Origin: Phoronis australis
Taxonomy: Eukaryota > Animalia > Phoronida
Length of the DNA stretch: 64,000 nt
Assembly: GCA_002633005.1 (NCBI GenBank)
Contig: NMRA01000007.1
Location: forward strand, 758,362-822,361
Direction of reading: 5' to 3'
The notes under the pieces were generated by a model. The model was not told the DNA's origin. It did no database searches and saw only the letters and a program-made list of their open reading frames with translations. The position numbers were made by a program, and so were the translations under genes. Shown here piece after piece: positions 27,046 to 40,600 of this stretch (within the stretch, counting starts at the first letter, position 1; every line of letters starts with the position of its first letter).

Positions 27046-27197
27046 CTGCACTCGTGATTCGGGCAGGTTGATCTTCAAAGCCACTTCCTCGCGCATGAAT
27101 ATATCGGGATAACGGGTCTTCTGAAAAAGACCTTCTAACACATCTAGCTGTTGCCTGGAAAATGTAGTCCGTTCCCTGCGCTGTTTCCTGGGGTTAC
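27046..27197 (-). CDS. otx: Otx homeobox exon ([51 protein letters not shown])
   Basis: Translated by hand (not in the ORF track). Typical Otx homeodomain N-terminal part. Acceptor TTTACAG| and donor CAG|GTGCGT. The intron falls at the paired-class position between Q46 and V47. Confidence 0.97.
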
Positions 27198-30057
27198 CTG
27201 TAAAGACAAAGGCGTGACAGTGTTGTAAATATTGATAAAATATAATATACTTTGACTGTTTGATCAGCTGTTACATAAAAAAGCAGCCCTACACAAGCTG
27301 TTACTAGGAGAAGGCGGAAAGGCATGTGACCATTTTGTGTAATGTCGGTACGTAATCAATCAAAGTTAGCGAGTGATCTGTAAAAATTTCTCAGTACTGT
27401 GTTTCCTTTTGATATTCGTCTATGTAGTTATCACATTCATTATTTTTATTGTATCGGAAATTGTGTAACGGTCATTCCCCGTTGTGTAATTAGTAATAAT
27501 AATATTATCGACTTTACATCATTCTCTGGTTTTGTGGATGCATATAATATAAAGTAATTAATTTCAAAAGTATTAATTTAGCCTATCTTTTGTCTGTAGC
27601 GGTAGCACGTGGCCGATTTCTTCAGTATTACAACTGCATTCAGACAGTGTGTCGCATTTTGGTTCCCTTGTTTCAAGTTCAACCACTACAATCCGAATAC
27701 ACATTACTAGGATCGAATGCCGAGCGTTTTCATACCCACCTTAAATTTAATTTCATTTTGATGCGAGGACGACAAATGGATGGTCCTTCATCTAAACAGA
27801 TTACGTAACATGGTGTACCGCAATTATCTTAATGAGTGCTACAACAATTGTTAACGTCTTCCTAGAGTTATTAGTGACAAATCTTTTGAGACAGGTTAAT
27901 CCTGCATTAGGAAGGCGCGTTGAAATTAATTTGCTACTTTTCAAATGAGTTTCGTCTACTTATTAGCAAAGGCAAGTTTGCTTCTCCATCTGCGCGTTCA
28001 GCACTGTTACGCTTCGCACAGTTCAATCTTTAGAACTTTCACGAAAGCATCATATCATAGAGTCGCAATGCGCACACCTATTCGAGCCGTTTTCTCTTAT
28101 AAAATGGACACCAACTTGCTCCGTACTCAGATCAGAAATGATTTTTGGATTTGTAATATCAATCGCTGAATTTTATTATTGCTTCAGAGCAAACCCAATA
28201 AGTTGGAATTCAATGAATGTCATTTTATGCGTCGAAATTAACATGTTCTTCGGTTAGAAAGAAATTGGTTCCATTACCGAACCCTAGGTGGTGCTTAGCT
28301 GCTTTAAGAAAAATTTAGCGACCCCGCGTGCTTTGAAGACGTTCGTTACGAAGCAGACGCTGGCTATTAATCAGAGTCCATCATAACTTATCAGACCATT
28401 GCGCAGTGACACTAATGCATTTGGCGCTAATATGAAAACTTTATGAAGACAGAGTTAAATAGTTGCATTCAAAAACCGTCTGTGTTTATATGTGTTTTGT
28501 TGTCGTAGGGCTTGGGGCGAAAAACGTAGCACATTAAGGTTGGCTGCAATTAATGCTAATTATTTAATATTAAGAAGGACCGTCCAGTTTGCGAGGTCAT
28601 TGAAGTTCACATTAAGCCATTCAATAGACGATACTTAAGGTGTGCTCACTGTTTTCTCCATCAGCAAAAATACGAAACAGCGGCTTTGGAGAAATACTGA
28701 CCTGGCGAATAGCCGACGGCCATGTTTAAAATGACAGCTTGTCATGGAGAACAGACAAGAAATATCCGATGATGTCACACCGTTCACATACAGGAGAGGG
28801 ACGGATTAAATAAACAATTTTACTCAAGTTTTAGAAGAAAGTCAAACTAACATCGTGTAGAGTTCACTTTCCAGTGACTTGATCTCAGACACTGTAGACC
28901 TGCAGGCTTGCCAGGTGACCGTCGATATGAAATTAATCACCGTGTTTTTAAAAAACGGAAGTAGACCAGAATTATTCAGAATGAAAAGGACTAAGAAACG
29001 TGTGTTACAAGTTTGTGGCAATGTCTTAATATTCGAAGTTAAACCACTCATTCTTACTGCTCAGTTCTGTGTTCGACGCGAGTCTCCAGTAAATACCTAC
29101 ATTCATCGAACTCTGCGTCCAAAATTGTATAACCCCACTTCACTGTTTTCTGGATTGTTCACCAACCTGGGTTTACTGGCGTATGAATAGATCAGTTCGG
29201 CCGCGTTCCACCAGAGGTATTTATCCTACCTTTCGAAATCCCAGAAGCACATAATTGGGGTAACGTACTTAAGTTTGGGCATGTATACGCCTAATTTGTC
29301 GAGTGGTTTGAACTTTAATGGGAAGTGCCTCGGGTAACCAGGTGTATTTGGGGAGGCGTGGTCTAAAATACTGTTAGATTTTCAAAAAAAAATCACATTT
29401 CGAAAGAACGAAAGTCCTTTTGAACCAAAGTTAATGTTCACAATTTTGACAGGATAAAAGTTTTGGTTTCCCATTGACGTATCAACTCCTTGCAACAGTT
29501 CTTAAAATTAAAATGACTTATATAGTTGTTCCACCTGTGGGACAATGAACATCTTTCGCATTTTGTTAAATTTCCATATCGGTTTGAAAATGTTATCAAT
29601 AGTTACCACAAATATATAAGTCGCCAATTCGAGGATTGATAATTAGAGATAATGGTGCAGAAATCCTGTAATCTGTCACGTTATAACTTAGATTGGTAAA
29701 TTATCGTCAAATAAGTAAAGTGAATCGTTGTTATAACGATAGGACTATCGGCTCAAGATTCGTCAATCCGAGGACAATGCTGATTAATGCATCCCCCGAC
29801 AGTCACTGACGTGTATAGTTGTGTCACGTGGTGGTTTTACCACATTAGCTAAATAAGGAAGAATTAGTGATTATTCTTTTGAATTTTCTTGACACAAATA
29901 ATATCTCTAGGACAATCAACAATTATACGATTTGTTTATTTGTGAAAAGCAGTTGGTGGCTGAATGTTAATAGAATCTTACAAAGAGAATCTTTCTCGTT
30001 ACTTGCCTGTGTTACGTTTGCGACACGGCTACAATACACAAAAATCTTCAAACTTAC

Positions 30058-30193
30058 CAAAATCTCCCTGAGCGTAGCCCATTGCCGGATGCATGAGGTC
30101 CATTGAGCCCGATGTGAGACTGATTCCGTTGACTGAGTAAGGGCTGATCTTGGTCGATGGAGGGGGCGGGTAGGATGAAGCCATAGTGGCCAT
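30058..30193 (-). CDS. otx: Otx/orthodenticle, first core coding exon (MATMASSYPPPP...SPYSVNGISL...DLMHPAMGYAQGDF)
   Basis: ATG at 30193. The peptide matches the Otx N-terminal PYxVNGxSL...DL(L/M)HP motif. It ends at a G|GTAAGT donor in phase 1, matching the next exon. The exon probably extends 5' to an acceptor at 30241 (TTTCCAG|ATC), with the frame open up to the ATG. Confidence 0.9.
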
Positions 30194-30320
30194 GGACGGG
30201 TAGTACGAGGATAGCGCCACGGTGAGGTTTTCAGTGCCGATCTGGAAACACATCGAGGCGAACAATGAATAACACAGTTTGTGAATGATAAAAGTACCGT
30301 CGGGTTGGAGTAGTGGGTTC

Positions 30321-30384
30321 AGACTGTCCGTCTTCCGCGCGAGACGAACCTTTATAGCCAAGGGTTGTGTATTGTCATTATTGG
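30321..30384 (-). promoter_or_regulatory. Otx proximal core promoter: CCAAT box, TATA box and Inr
   Basis: On the minus strand: CCAAT 30380-30384, TATAAA 30351-30356, and Inr-like ACAGTC with its A at 30325, 31 nt from the first T of the TATA box (canonical spacing). Confidence 0.6.
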
Positions 30385-30923
30385 CTAATGGAAATATGAC
30401 TTTTATTCAAGTCGAAGTAAAGTGAAACGGGAAATCTACACAATGTAAATACATAAAGCCAGTCTGAGAAAAACAAAGTTAGTAAACAGGCCGTGATTGC
30501 ATAACTTGAGAAGGAAACAAAACAACGGTTACAATGCGTGTCATAACAACATAAATGACCGTGTCGACTAGAATTATGTTGCTTTCAGCGCACACGTTGC
30601 CATCGACCGTGTATTGTTGACACCCACGACTGTGGCACTGAATCTGCGATCGGCAGCGGAACTGCACTTTTATGGTACACAACCGGTATTGTTGGCTGAG
30701 CTTGAGGAATCGACTGAAATAACATTTCCATCCCTTGTTGCCATGTAGGAAGTAACCAAAACGTGATGTCCAAGAAAAGTAGTTATCTTAGGGAAAACAG
30801 AAACCTATAGCGAAATTCTCATCGCCTGTTTACATGAAACAAAAAAGTATCTGGAAAACATTAAAATAATAACGCAACGAAATCAAGATCGAGAACACGT
30901 GCCGGGTAAGCTGGGAATCTCAC

Positions 30924-31178
30924 ATCCGGGTCAATTTTCTGAAAACTTGCGTAACGCCTGCTTTCCCTCCATTGCTCAGAGTCCACATTAATGCTTTTGT
31001 GATAGTTAGCGTAAAGCTCCAACGGGTAGGTCGAGTATCCCGGGAAGACGGGGACCACTCCGGGCCCACCACCGAGGCTACACTGGTCTATGTTCTCCGT
31101 ACTCAAGCACGTCGTGTCCATCTGTTCCTTTTTCACGTCATCATTTCTCGCCGATTCTCCACCTTCTTTGACCAACAT
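30924..31178 (-). CDS. otx: Candidate alternative upstream coding exon of Otx (85 aa, MLVKEGGESARNDDVKKEQ...SFQKIDPD)
   Basis: ATG with A at -3, a protein-like open frame, and a GAT|GTGAGA donor in phase 0 that joins the 30241 acceptor in frame with Otx (372 aa isoform). No transcript evidence. Confidence 0.5.
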
Positions 31179-31556
31179 GCTGGGGATCGTTGAATTTTTT
31201 AAACTGCAACAGTACTCTTTTAACAAGATTGTCCGTCTAATATGGCTAAGACTGTCGTGATAGGTCGGTCTTTGCCCTAGACACTAAGAGGATTTGTCGA
31301 CTGTGCCACGCGTAATAAGTCGTTGGATATGATGCATTAGCCTTTACGACGTCAACTAATCACAAAATGTTCCGGGTAATGCCAACAATGAAATAGGTGC
31401 GAATCCGTCAGTCGTCCGAGGGCGTGACTACCCGGATCACTGGTACACATGTGTGCAGTCCAGCTGCGACGGTGAATGAGCGGGTCGGTGAATGGCACAG
31501 CGTGAAGAAGTTACTCGAATTTGTGGGCTAAGATGAAAGACCACCGGTCAGTTTAC

Positions 31557-31625
31557 CTGGCCGTTCATGTGGAGAGGTGTGAAAGTGATCCTTGGGAACG
31601 GTGCAGGCAGCTGCGTGATTCGCAT
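31557..31625 (-). CDS. otx: Candidate second alternative first exon of Otx (MRITQLPAPFPRITFTPLHMNGQ, or MNGQ only)
   Basis: CAG|GTAAAC donor in phase 0, in frame with the 30241 acceptor. TATAAA on the minus strand at 31701-31706, with an Inr-like TCAACC about 30 nt downstream. Confidence 0.3.
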
Positions 31626-34600
31626 TGAAGCAGTGAGTGTAGGGATACCAAGAGAATCCGAAATTGCATGACGGTTGACGTGAACTCTATACCCCAAATC
31701 TTTATATTGAAGACGTACAGTCGGCATTTATTGACTGTTCGACCGTAGTCCGACGTTTGTAGTTACACAATGATCAAATACGGGAGTAAGGAAGCGCAAT
31801 GTATCTCTCACGTTGCATAGTATTTTGAGCGTAAGCTAATTTAAATCGTAAATAAAAGTTCCCTCGAAACATCTTGCGCGCCAAGAGCTCAAGAGACGTT
31901 TGATTTACGAAAATGTTTTTCTAATTATGATTCCATAATGTTTAATGTTCTTGCATCGATAACGAACGGTAATGATAAATCGTCAGTTAATCACTTCTTT
32001 AAACGCATTGTTGAAGTCAGATAAGGTAAATGGATGATTGAATAATAATTATGAAGCCATTGAGAGCTTGCACTCGCGTGCTCAACGTGACGACTTAATA
32101 TATAATTTCAAGACAAGCAGAAAAAATAACATCAATTAGCTCAAGATATAAACCTACATCTACATTAAACTGATGCAGTTATTGATACCTTTATTGCGTT
32201 TGGTAATGAACATACCTGTTTTCGTAGCTCAAATCGACAAGTCAGCAACCGAACGGACTTGTTTTCAAAATTTTAATTTACTCCGTGACTAGGTGACATG
32301 CGACGTCAGTGACCATTGGCTGGTCAACACATGGGCCAGTAATATTTCATGTAGAGCACTGCCAATGTTTAAACAACAATATTGGTCGCAGGACGGTTAA
32401 ACAAGACGCGTCGTAAACATATGCGCTTAAACGGAACTTGTTTATTTTGTTAACAGCTTTACCTAACGGTGACTGTAAACTAAATCAGATGGGCGGAGAG
32501 GGGGAGGGGCATTCGCCTAATTACCCACGACGGGGACTCCGCCGCTCGTCAATGCGTCTAATGGTGCGAACACGGTATGGACAATACTATCAACGGACGC
32601 GCTAGTGACGTAACTTAAATACTTTAGGAAAGGGAAGTTGATTTGTTTGGACTAACAACAATGGAAAATATATTGTAAACAGGTGTCATGTGGAGGTAGA
32701 ATTATGTTGGAGCTGAACTGAAAGACTCCTCATCACAGAGACGCTATTAACAAAACAAGTAATGAATATTTCCCTAACAATTTAGAGGTAAAGTTTTTCC
32801 TACAATGTGATGTCATTTGTTAAACGAAAGATTGCTCCTTAGGTATTTTATTTAGTAGAAAGCTCACAATATACAAATATTTTCCTTTTTTAGTGATTTA
32901 CCTGGGATACATATTTACAAGGACATTTGTTACATATGTCACTACCTTTCCCCGGACAACGTTATTTCAGGATCGGCGTTTTATCTCAACGTTTCACGGC
33001 TTTCCGTTAGTTACGCAGGTCTAGTGGCCATCACAGACTTGGTGGATGAGCGATTTATTAATAGCAGCAGCAGGGCATCATTACAGCCGAGCATGGTGGA
33101 ATATAAAGTAACTGCGCGATCAATGAGCGTTTGGTCACAAAACTGGTAAAATGCCGATATCTGCATGTACACATTTACTTTGTTAATAGCCATTAAATCA
33201 CACAGAAGGATGGCCATACGCGCATTCAAGGAGTGCATTATTTAACTAATAAATTTGACTAGCATTTCTTAGTATTAATGAAAATATTCATTTTTTATAT
33301 ATTCGTTTCAAACTAATATTAAGTGAAGACTTTTTGTGTGATTAAAACAATCCACGACCACATCCTGCACCGTGTTTAATTAGTCTCATGCCTGTTCCTC
33401 TTATTCGTTAGGCAAGCTAACGCAATGTTATGTTAGGTCCAACTACTTCCGTTTACTGTGTGCACATTTAACTTAAATCCAGCTAATTAAACCATTCGAC
33501 AATAACACAAAAACGAGGATATAGAAAAATCGATGGTCTGGTGACGGCAATCGCTGGATTTAAATTCCCTTATTGTAGTGAAGTTTTAATTCTCTTGGAA
33601 AGAAAATGATAAAAATAACATTTAATGGCGCCATTACGCGGGTTATAATCGCTGTTTAATTATCCTGTTTGACTGTTTCAACAATGATGATTTCGTAGGA
33701 AACTATTCGCGGGAGTTATCAAAACTTGCTAATTCACCCTTAGTCAGATAATTAAACAAATACCATCGATTAGGAAATGCAGTAGTTTATCTATGATAGT
33801 TTTCAAACTGAAATAGTAAAACGAACGTGTTGCTTCGCGTTCTTTTTGTCCCAGCTTCGTAATTTAACCAAAAAGTGACAAACAACGTGAAATGCACGAT
33901 CGAAAACTTCATCCATGTTCTAGAAAAGAACAGGTCCGTTTAAACTTAAACGTAATTTAGTTGGCCGTCAAGTATTTTCTGATGAGAGAGTTAACCAAAC
34001 ACGTGATTCATTGAGGAATGACAAGTTTACGCACGCACGTGGGGGATGCACCCCACTGAGAATCCTGGCTTGTTGTTGTTTACTGAATCCCATAAACAAA
34101 CAACACCTTGGCCTTACGTAGTTTCAAAGGCCACACGTGTTCAAGACGGAAGCCGGGTGTACACGAATGATAAACCAAAAGGAGCTAAGAACTTGCACGT
34201 TTATTGGCGTGCTATGCTTTTTATTCTAGATTTTCGTAAATTTCGAAGTACAGTGACCGATTTCTATCCAACATATTTTTTGAATTTCAATCAATTTCTT
34301 ATATAATGATTGAATTGAAAATGGAAAATGAACCTGATTAAATCAATCTCTAATTCAGAGGCATGTCAGAACAGTAATGTGTGTACGGTCTCACTTTTGG
34401 AACGGAGAGGTTATTGGCAGGCCTAAATGAAAAATGACCCGTTCATCTGTCATCACGGAATATCTGAGATCATCAGGTGCCAGTAAACGATGATAGCGTG
34501 CACCAAACGTCTTGACAAAACACACATAGTTGACAAGACAAGGTTATGTCGTTAGAGTTATCAACGTACAAGAACACGGCACTTCACTCACAGGGAGCGG

Positions 34601-37600
34601 TGAGCCGCCGGTAGTCGTTGGAGTCGAGTTGGGACCCAGTGTTATCTCTAGTTATGACAGCACTATCTGACTGTTAAGTCAATATACATGAAGAGAGATA
34701 ATGAGTTCCCCAAGCAAGGCGTCATCTCTTCAATACTTCCCAACCACGATCATTGGCCAAGTGTTGACTCAAAGCCGTTGCAAACCCATCTTTCCATCAC
34801 AAAAATCAACTTTTGATTTAGACTTCTCACTATTAGTCAAACTGGAGGTGATTTCAGTGTTTGCTTGATACCAGGCTCTACGAGTCGGCATGTCACGGTG
34901 TGTCGTTTTATTCGCCGACCTTGGTGTCAAGGAATAACGAACTGACAGATCTTTGAAAACCCAGACATCACCTCACATCTTAGTAAGGTGCAAATTGAAA
35001 CCAAATTCATAGCAGCAGGTCATCTAAATCAAAAATTGGCGTCTTGGACGGAACGTAAGCTTATAGTAGCTTCAAATAAAACAGGCTGACAAATTGACAG
35101 TTCGAAGATGGGTCATCGCCCTTCAAAAACATATTTCTGCTTTTATTAACTTGAATAAACAGTAAATCGAATATAAAACTGGTCATTACAGGTTCTAGTA
35201 GTCCTCTTAAAGTTGTATTTCTTTCCCTCTTTCTGGTGAACATGAAATAAGGCTTAACAACCAAAGCGTAAGAAACCTGACTTCGAAACTCCCTGCGATT
35301 CAGTTGGAATTGTGGGATTGCAAGCACATGATATTAATCAGAAAACATTTTGGAAGGACTAGTCCACTCTAAGGTTTTGTAAAGCTTTATTTGCACTCGT
35401 AAACGTTCTGAGTTCATCATAAGGGGCAAGATCGGCTTTGTTCTCAGAAGATGGTTACTTTAGGGTTTGTTTTTCGAAAAGCTGAGAGAACGAAATGCAT
35501 TTTTAAGTTCACCTTGGACCGAAATGTGCTCCAGCTTATTCACACAAGACATAGTTACCTGCTACAGTAAAAATCGTTCAATTTAGAACAACAATTTGCT
35601 AAAATTGTCAACTTTCTATTTTTAAGAGGCTTACAACAATGTTGTAAATGCTCAAAATTTTATCGAATGTTATTTTGTAATAGTTACGTCATACAAACTA
35701 TGCTAAAAGCAAATTAAATTTTCCCGAGAAGTTATTTTATTTTTGTTGAAAACTTTGACAAAATGAAATTTCACCCGTCCGACATACTGTGTCCCAAACT
35801 GAAGAATTTTTCCACTGTTGTTTAATCTTTCCGGCCCAGAAGCAGATTCCACCCTTCGACATACCTGGTGACGAGGATCTAATAAACAACCCCAGTTAAA
35901 TGACTGTGCCCAAGGTGCCTCCCCCGCTGATTTTTTACGACTCACTGGGTATTTTCCGACAACAGTCTTTGAAACGTAAACAGGCGTAAGTCATACGCGG
36001 CCAACTGTTTTGTTAACAAACCCAATTTAGGGGGATTACACGATAATTTTGTGCTGCGCGAAATGACCAGGTTTGCACTCATTAATTAGTACAACTGGAA
36101 TAAAAGATTGGTTACCGTGGTACAATAGCGTGTAATAAGGTAAATTATGTCAAGTACGTCATTGAAACGTTTGTATTGAAGCCACACAGTTGAAAAATTG
36201 GGGGAAAGTAGTCATGTTGAGTGCAAAATGTGGTTTCTGTTGCAGTTCAGTTATCGGATGGTTTTTAATTATGACGCTTCCTACCGACAGACTACTTAGC
36301 AACGATTGCAACTTGCCTTGGGCAGACATCACTTTACTGTTTCTTTTTCTCTGATTTCATTTGCTCGCGTAGTGATTTCCGAGTTTGTGAATCACCGCCG
36401 CGTTGGCACTGACTGACTGTATCTGGATGTATCAATGCTTGTAAGATACGTACTCCAACTGGACAAACCAAAATCCACAAATACCTATTTAGTAAATAAT
36501 TAGAAAATGCTCAAGGATTACACCGTTCTGAATTATTAACTACGGTAAGCTGATCAGAACTCGTTAACATTGGGTCGTTACTGGTGATTGGCTTCAGTCG
36601 TAAGTTGTAAGGCGCGCGTTCGCTCGCGCGGGAGTGCGTGAGTAGTAATCTTCCCGTTTAATGCTAAATCAACACGACTTTAAACGTAATTTTGTGTGAA
36701 CGCAGTGATTGTTTGTCAGATTAAAATACAAATTCTTGACTTAAAGGAGATCTAACGTTGTGCTGTTCAAGTCTGTTGTCAGTTTAGAATCAAAGTCATT
36801 GACGTTGAGCAGGCCTGGTGATGTACTGTCAAATGCCTTCACTTATATTTACGAACTGGCGACAAGACAACCTCCACTCGTTGTACACATTTTCATTTAC
36901 CAATCTGCATGTATTTAGGCACTCAGTTTTGCGGACTAGACTAGAGCTCGTCTATGTATGATTGCACTTAACGTGATATTTACCGAGCAATTATTTTAGT
37001 TACGCAACTAACGGAATACTAGTCAAATAATTTAACGAGATATACGCGCGATCACAACTTATAATGCCGGATTAGAATTATTGTCAATAAACGCTGTCTT
37101 TTCTTTGAAGTCGTGGCTAACAAAAAGTTTCATTCGAATAATACTCCAGATCTTTTGAGCTTAAATTGTCTCAATTCACATTTTTGTCTAGAAAATCGTG
37201 CGAGATTATTAGCAAAGGAAACGAAATTTAAGCCCGGTCTCAAAGGCTTGGCTCGTGTTAATAATTGAGTAGAGTTTGATATATTTACTGATGTAATATA
37301 AAATTAGTGATAATGACCATGGCCCGATTAGTGTATGAAGAGGACGAGCGGTGTGTGCGGTCATGCTAATCTGCTCTCCCTGCTAAGATGTACATCTGAG
37401 ACTACACACTTGACTGTGGGAGTGTAATTAACAATGATTGAACAAATTACTGAGAACTGTCCCATGTTCCGGCCTCTCTAGTTATCCTAGCTGAGTTGAC
37501 ATTTAGACGCAGCGAGTAATTGGCGGGAATTCTTCGAAAGGGATTACTTCTGTACGAGGCAGTCTCGGTTTCACATGTGGTAATCATTCTACGGCAATTA

Positions 37601-40600
37601 GCAATACTTTTGTTTCTTCAACCGGTCAGAGAATGCAAAGCTAGGTCTGTTTACTGTTTAAATATGTTATTTACCTACACATCTTCCACTGAAACTAGCA
37701 TTGCTACGGAAATGTATTCATATCGTTTTACTTTCTGACTCAATTTGTAGTATTTGTAGTAATGTTTATTAATTTTCATAATTTCTCGATTACATTGCCA
37801 CGAAAAATAAGTTAAAAGAAATACTTAATTTACCACAATCTCCCCGAAAGTTCAGCAACTTGTCGACCGTTCACAGACGGATAGGTTTCAAATCTATTGG
37901 TAGTGGGAGCGAAGACGAAAAGAATTAAAAACCTGTAAATATGAATGCACTCAAATCTTTAGATGGCCTACTTGAAACACATTTCGCCATCTCAAAGTTT
38001 AAGTGTGCATTTATGCGGAAAATAGTGTAATACAACCCATTTGTAGATTCTTCTATCACCCGTATTGTAGCTGGACTCATTTTGGTTAAATTTGTCGGCA
38101 CATGAATTACATTTTGCAGATTTGGAATACACAGTTTATTGCCCAATGCAAAATATTTTCTGCCATTTTAAAATAAAAAATCTTGAGTTTTGAAAGGAAT
38201 TTGTTTGAAGATTAAACATTTTCTGCTTACACATTCTATTTATATTCTGACATTTTCTTGGAATGTATTTTTAAAGCAGGTTAATAAAGAACAACCACAT
38301 GTCAATTAATGTTTTATTGTAGATATAAAATGGTTTATCAAAGCATCAAATTAGAGTTGCCTGCATCAAAAAATAAACTATGTAGATTAAATAAATATTT
38401 TTAAACAAATTAGTCAATGAAGGTTTTATTTTTATGTGGCAGATTCGACCACTTTTAAAGTAGGAACATCGTATAGATCAAGCGTCGTAAAGAGCGACCT
38501 TTTGTTGAAGTTAGGTCATTTATTTAATGTATGCTGTTAAAGTACACTGGATTTGAATTAGCTCCTGGTAAAACTAATTTTGAAATTTAACCACTGTCAA
38601 AGCGTATCTACTACATAACCGGTCAGAAATAACAACCCAATTTTTTTTATTTTCTAAACTTTTTAAAACAGGGTCGTAAATTAAATTGCAGAACTTCGAA
38701 CATAAGAGGGGGCGGTGCATTTTCTTAGAACATATTTTAAGTGATCACTAATTGAAGTCAAATCTACTCTGGTTTGTGTTCACGTTCGATGACACAAAAA
38801 CAATCCACCTTTTGCACACAAAATTCTAGTGGACAATTTCCATCTCTTGTTGAAGTGTCATTTGAGAATTAAACTTTGGACCGTCCTGTAGAAGGACGTG
38901 TTGAACCACGTTCGATGTATGTACCTTATCGTCCAATCATGGCCTTTGTTTACCGCTTGTTTAAGTTATTGCTCATCGTTTCTGTTAATTAGCTTGTGGC
39001 GTCCAAATAACATAACACGGAATGTTCAGGGTACATGAACAAATTTACTTTGGATTTCACAAGAATCTTGAGTGCTTTATTGTTTACAGAAATTTAATGA
39101 AATTCACGACAATGACTAATTCGTGAAAAACGAAATTATTTTTTACTAACATAAGTCAAAATTATTAAAATATTAATTAAATGTAGTAAATGAAAACTTT
39201 TCAATATTTTCGATTTAAAACAATATTTTAGGTCCGGAATAATCCTTTTGAAAGAATGAAACGCTATACACACAGCGAAGGTCAGTTCTGCAAGAGCACG
39301 GCAGTTTTATACTGGGGTTTATATTGTATAAATAAGACAAGTGGTATGCAATAGGAAGTACGTAGATGTTTAATGCATTCGAATTTCTCTTCACACATTG
39401 CAAGTTGTTAAGATTTTCCACTATACTTACTAGTCCACTGATTTTTTAAATTAACCATCAAAATAGCTTTCAGAAATTAAGAAAGGAAAGTTTATAGGAT
39501 ACTTATGTTCACTGCAAATAAACTAAATGGTACTGACATTTTTCTAAATTAACAGAATCGAAGTAATGTCCGTGTTTCAAAAATACCTCTGATGGGTAAA
39601 TATAGAATCCTATTCAGGTTGAGATAAAACTTCACACGGTACAGTGAAAGATAACGAAGTCTTTCCAACAAAGTTTATCTTTTCAACATTTTAGCATAAA
39701 CTATTATACACCAGCTCACCATCCTGTGTGAAGGCAAATATTTTCTTTGCTATAGGGACGTGGACTGTGTTAGGCTGGCAATGCAAACTCCCGTCACACA
39801 CTTGCCTCTCCTATTTTGGCAACCGCACTATTTCCCAACCTACATTCTATCTAATCTTGAAGCGCGAGGTCTCTAGGGTCATTCTTGTTACATGTTACGT
39901 TTTTCGCTTTGAAATAAAATTGAGAGACATAAAAAGCCTTTGTTGCATAGTTTTATTGCGACTGGCCATTAGTGGCAAATGTTCGGAGGAATGGTGTTAA
40001 CACCAGAGTTGTGAAAATAGTCACCTATCGTATTGAATCAGAATGTACAATGCCTCGTCTGTGCGAGGCAATATTGTTATACAATCAAAAAGTGTCGTAA
40101 AATAAACGAGTCACGTGTTAACGTATGCAAATGACATGTGTTGCTTTATCGATATTATGTAAATGAATCAGATGACGCACTACACAATTACGAGTTTGAA
40201 AATTTGCGTTAAAAGTTTCACAATTATTAAAAAGATTTGAAATGAGTGAATCTCCAAAAATTAGATTGAATTTGATGAAATCATAGTTGTGCCGTGAGAA
40301 TGTTTGACCTCTGTAAGACCATGTGATTGTTACAAAAAGACAGATATGACTTGAATGAAAATTTTATGTAAGTTATGAGCAATATTAGGCGTACACGCCA
40401 TTCGAAATCTGGAATGAGTTGCGCAATTTCGGAACAACAAATCGCCAGTCAGTCGAGGGTGTATTTGGTCAACACATACAGCCATGTTTGTTTTTGAAGA
40501 CGAGGCCATTGTTCAGTTGTTTTAATTCTGAATCCGCCAAATGAGTTAGGGTCACCTCGGTTGTATATATAGTTTAGTTAAATATATAACCTTTCATTTA

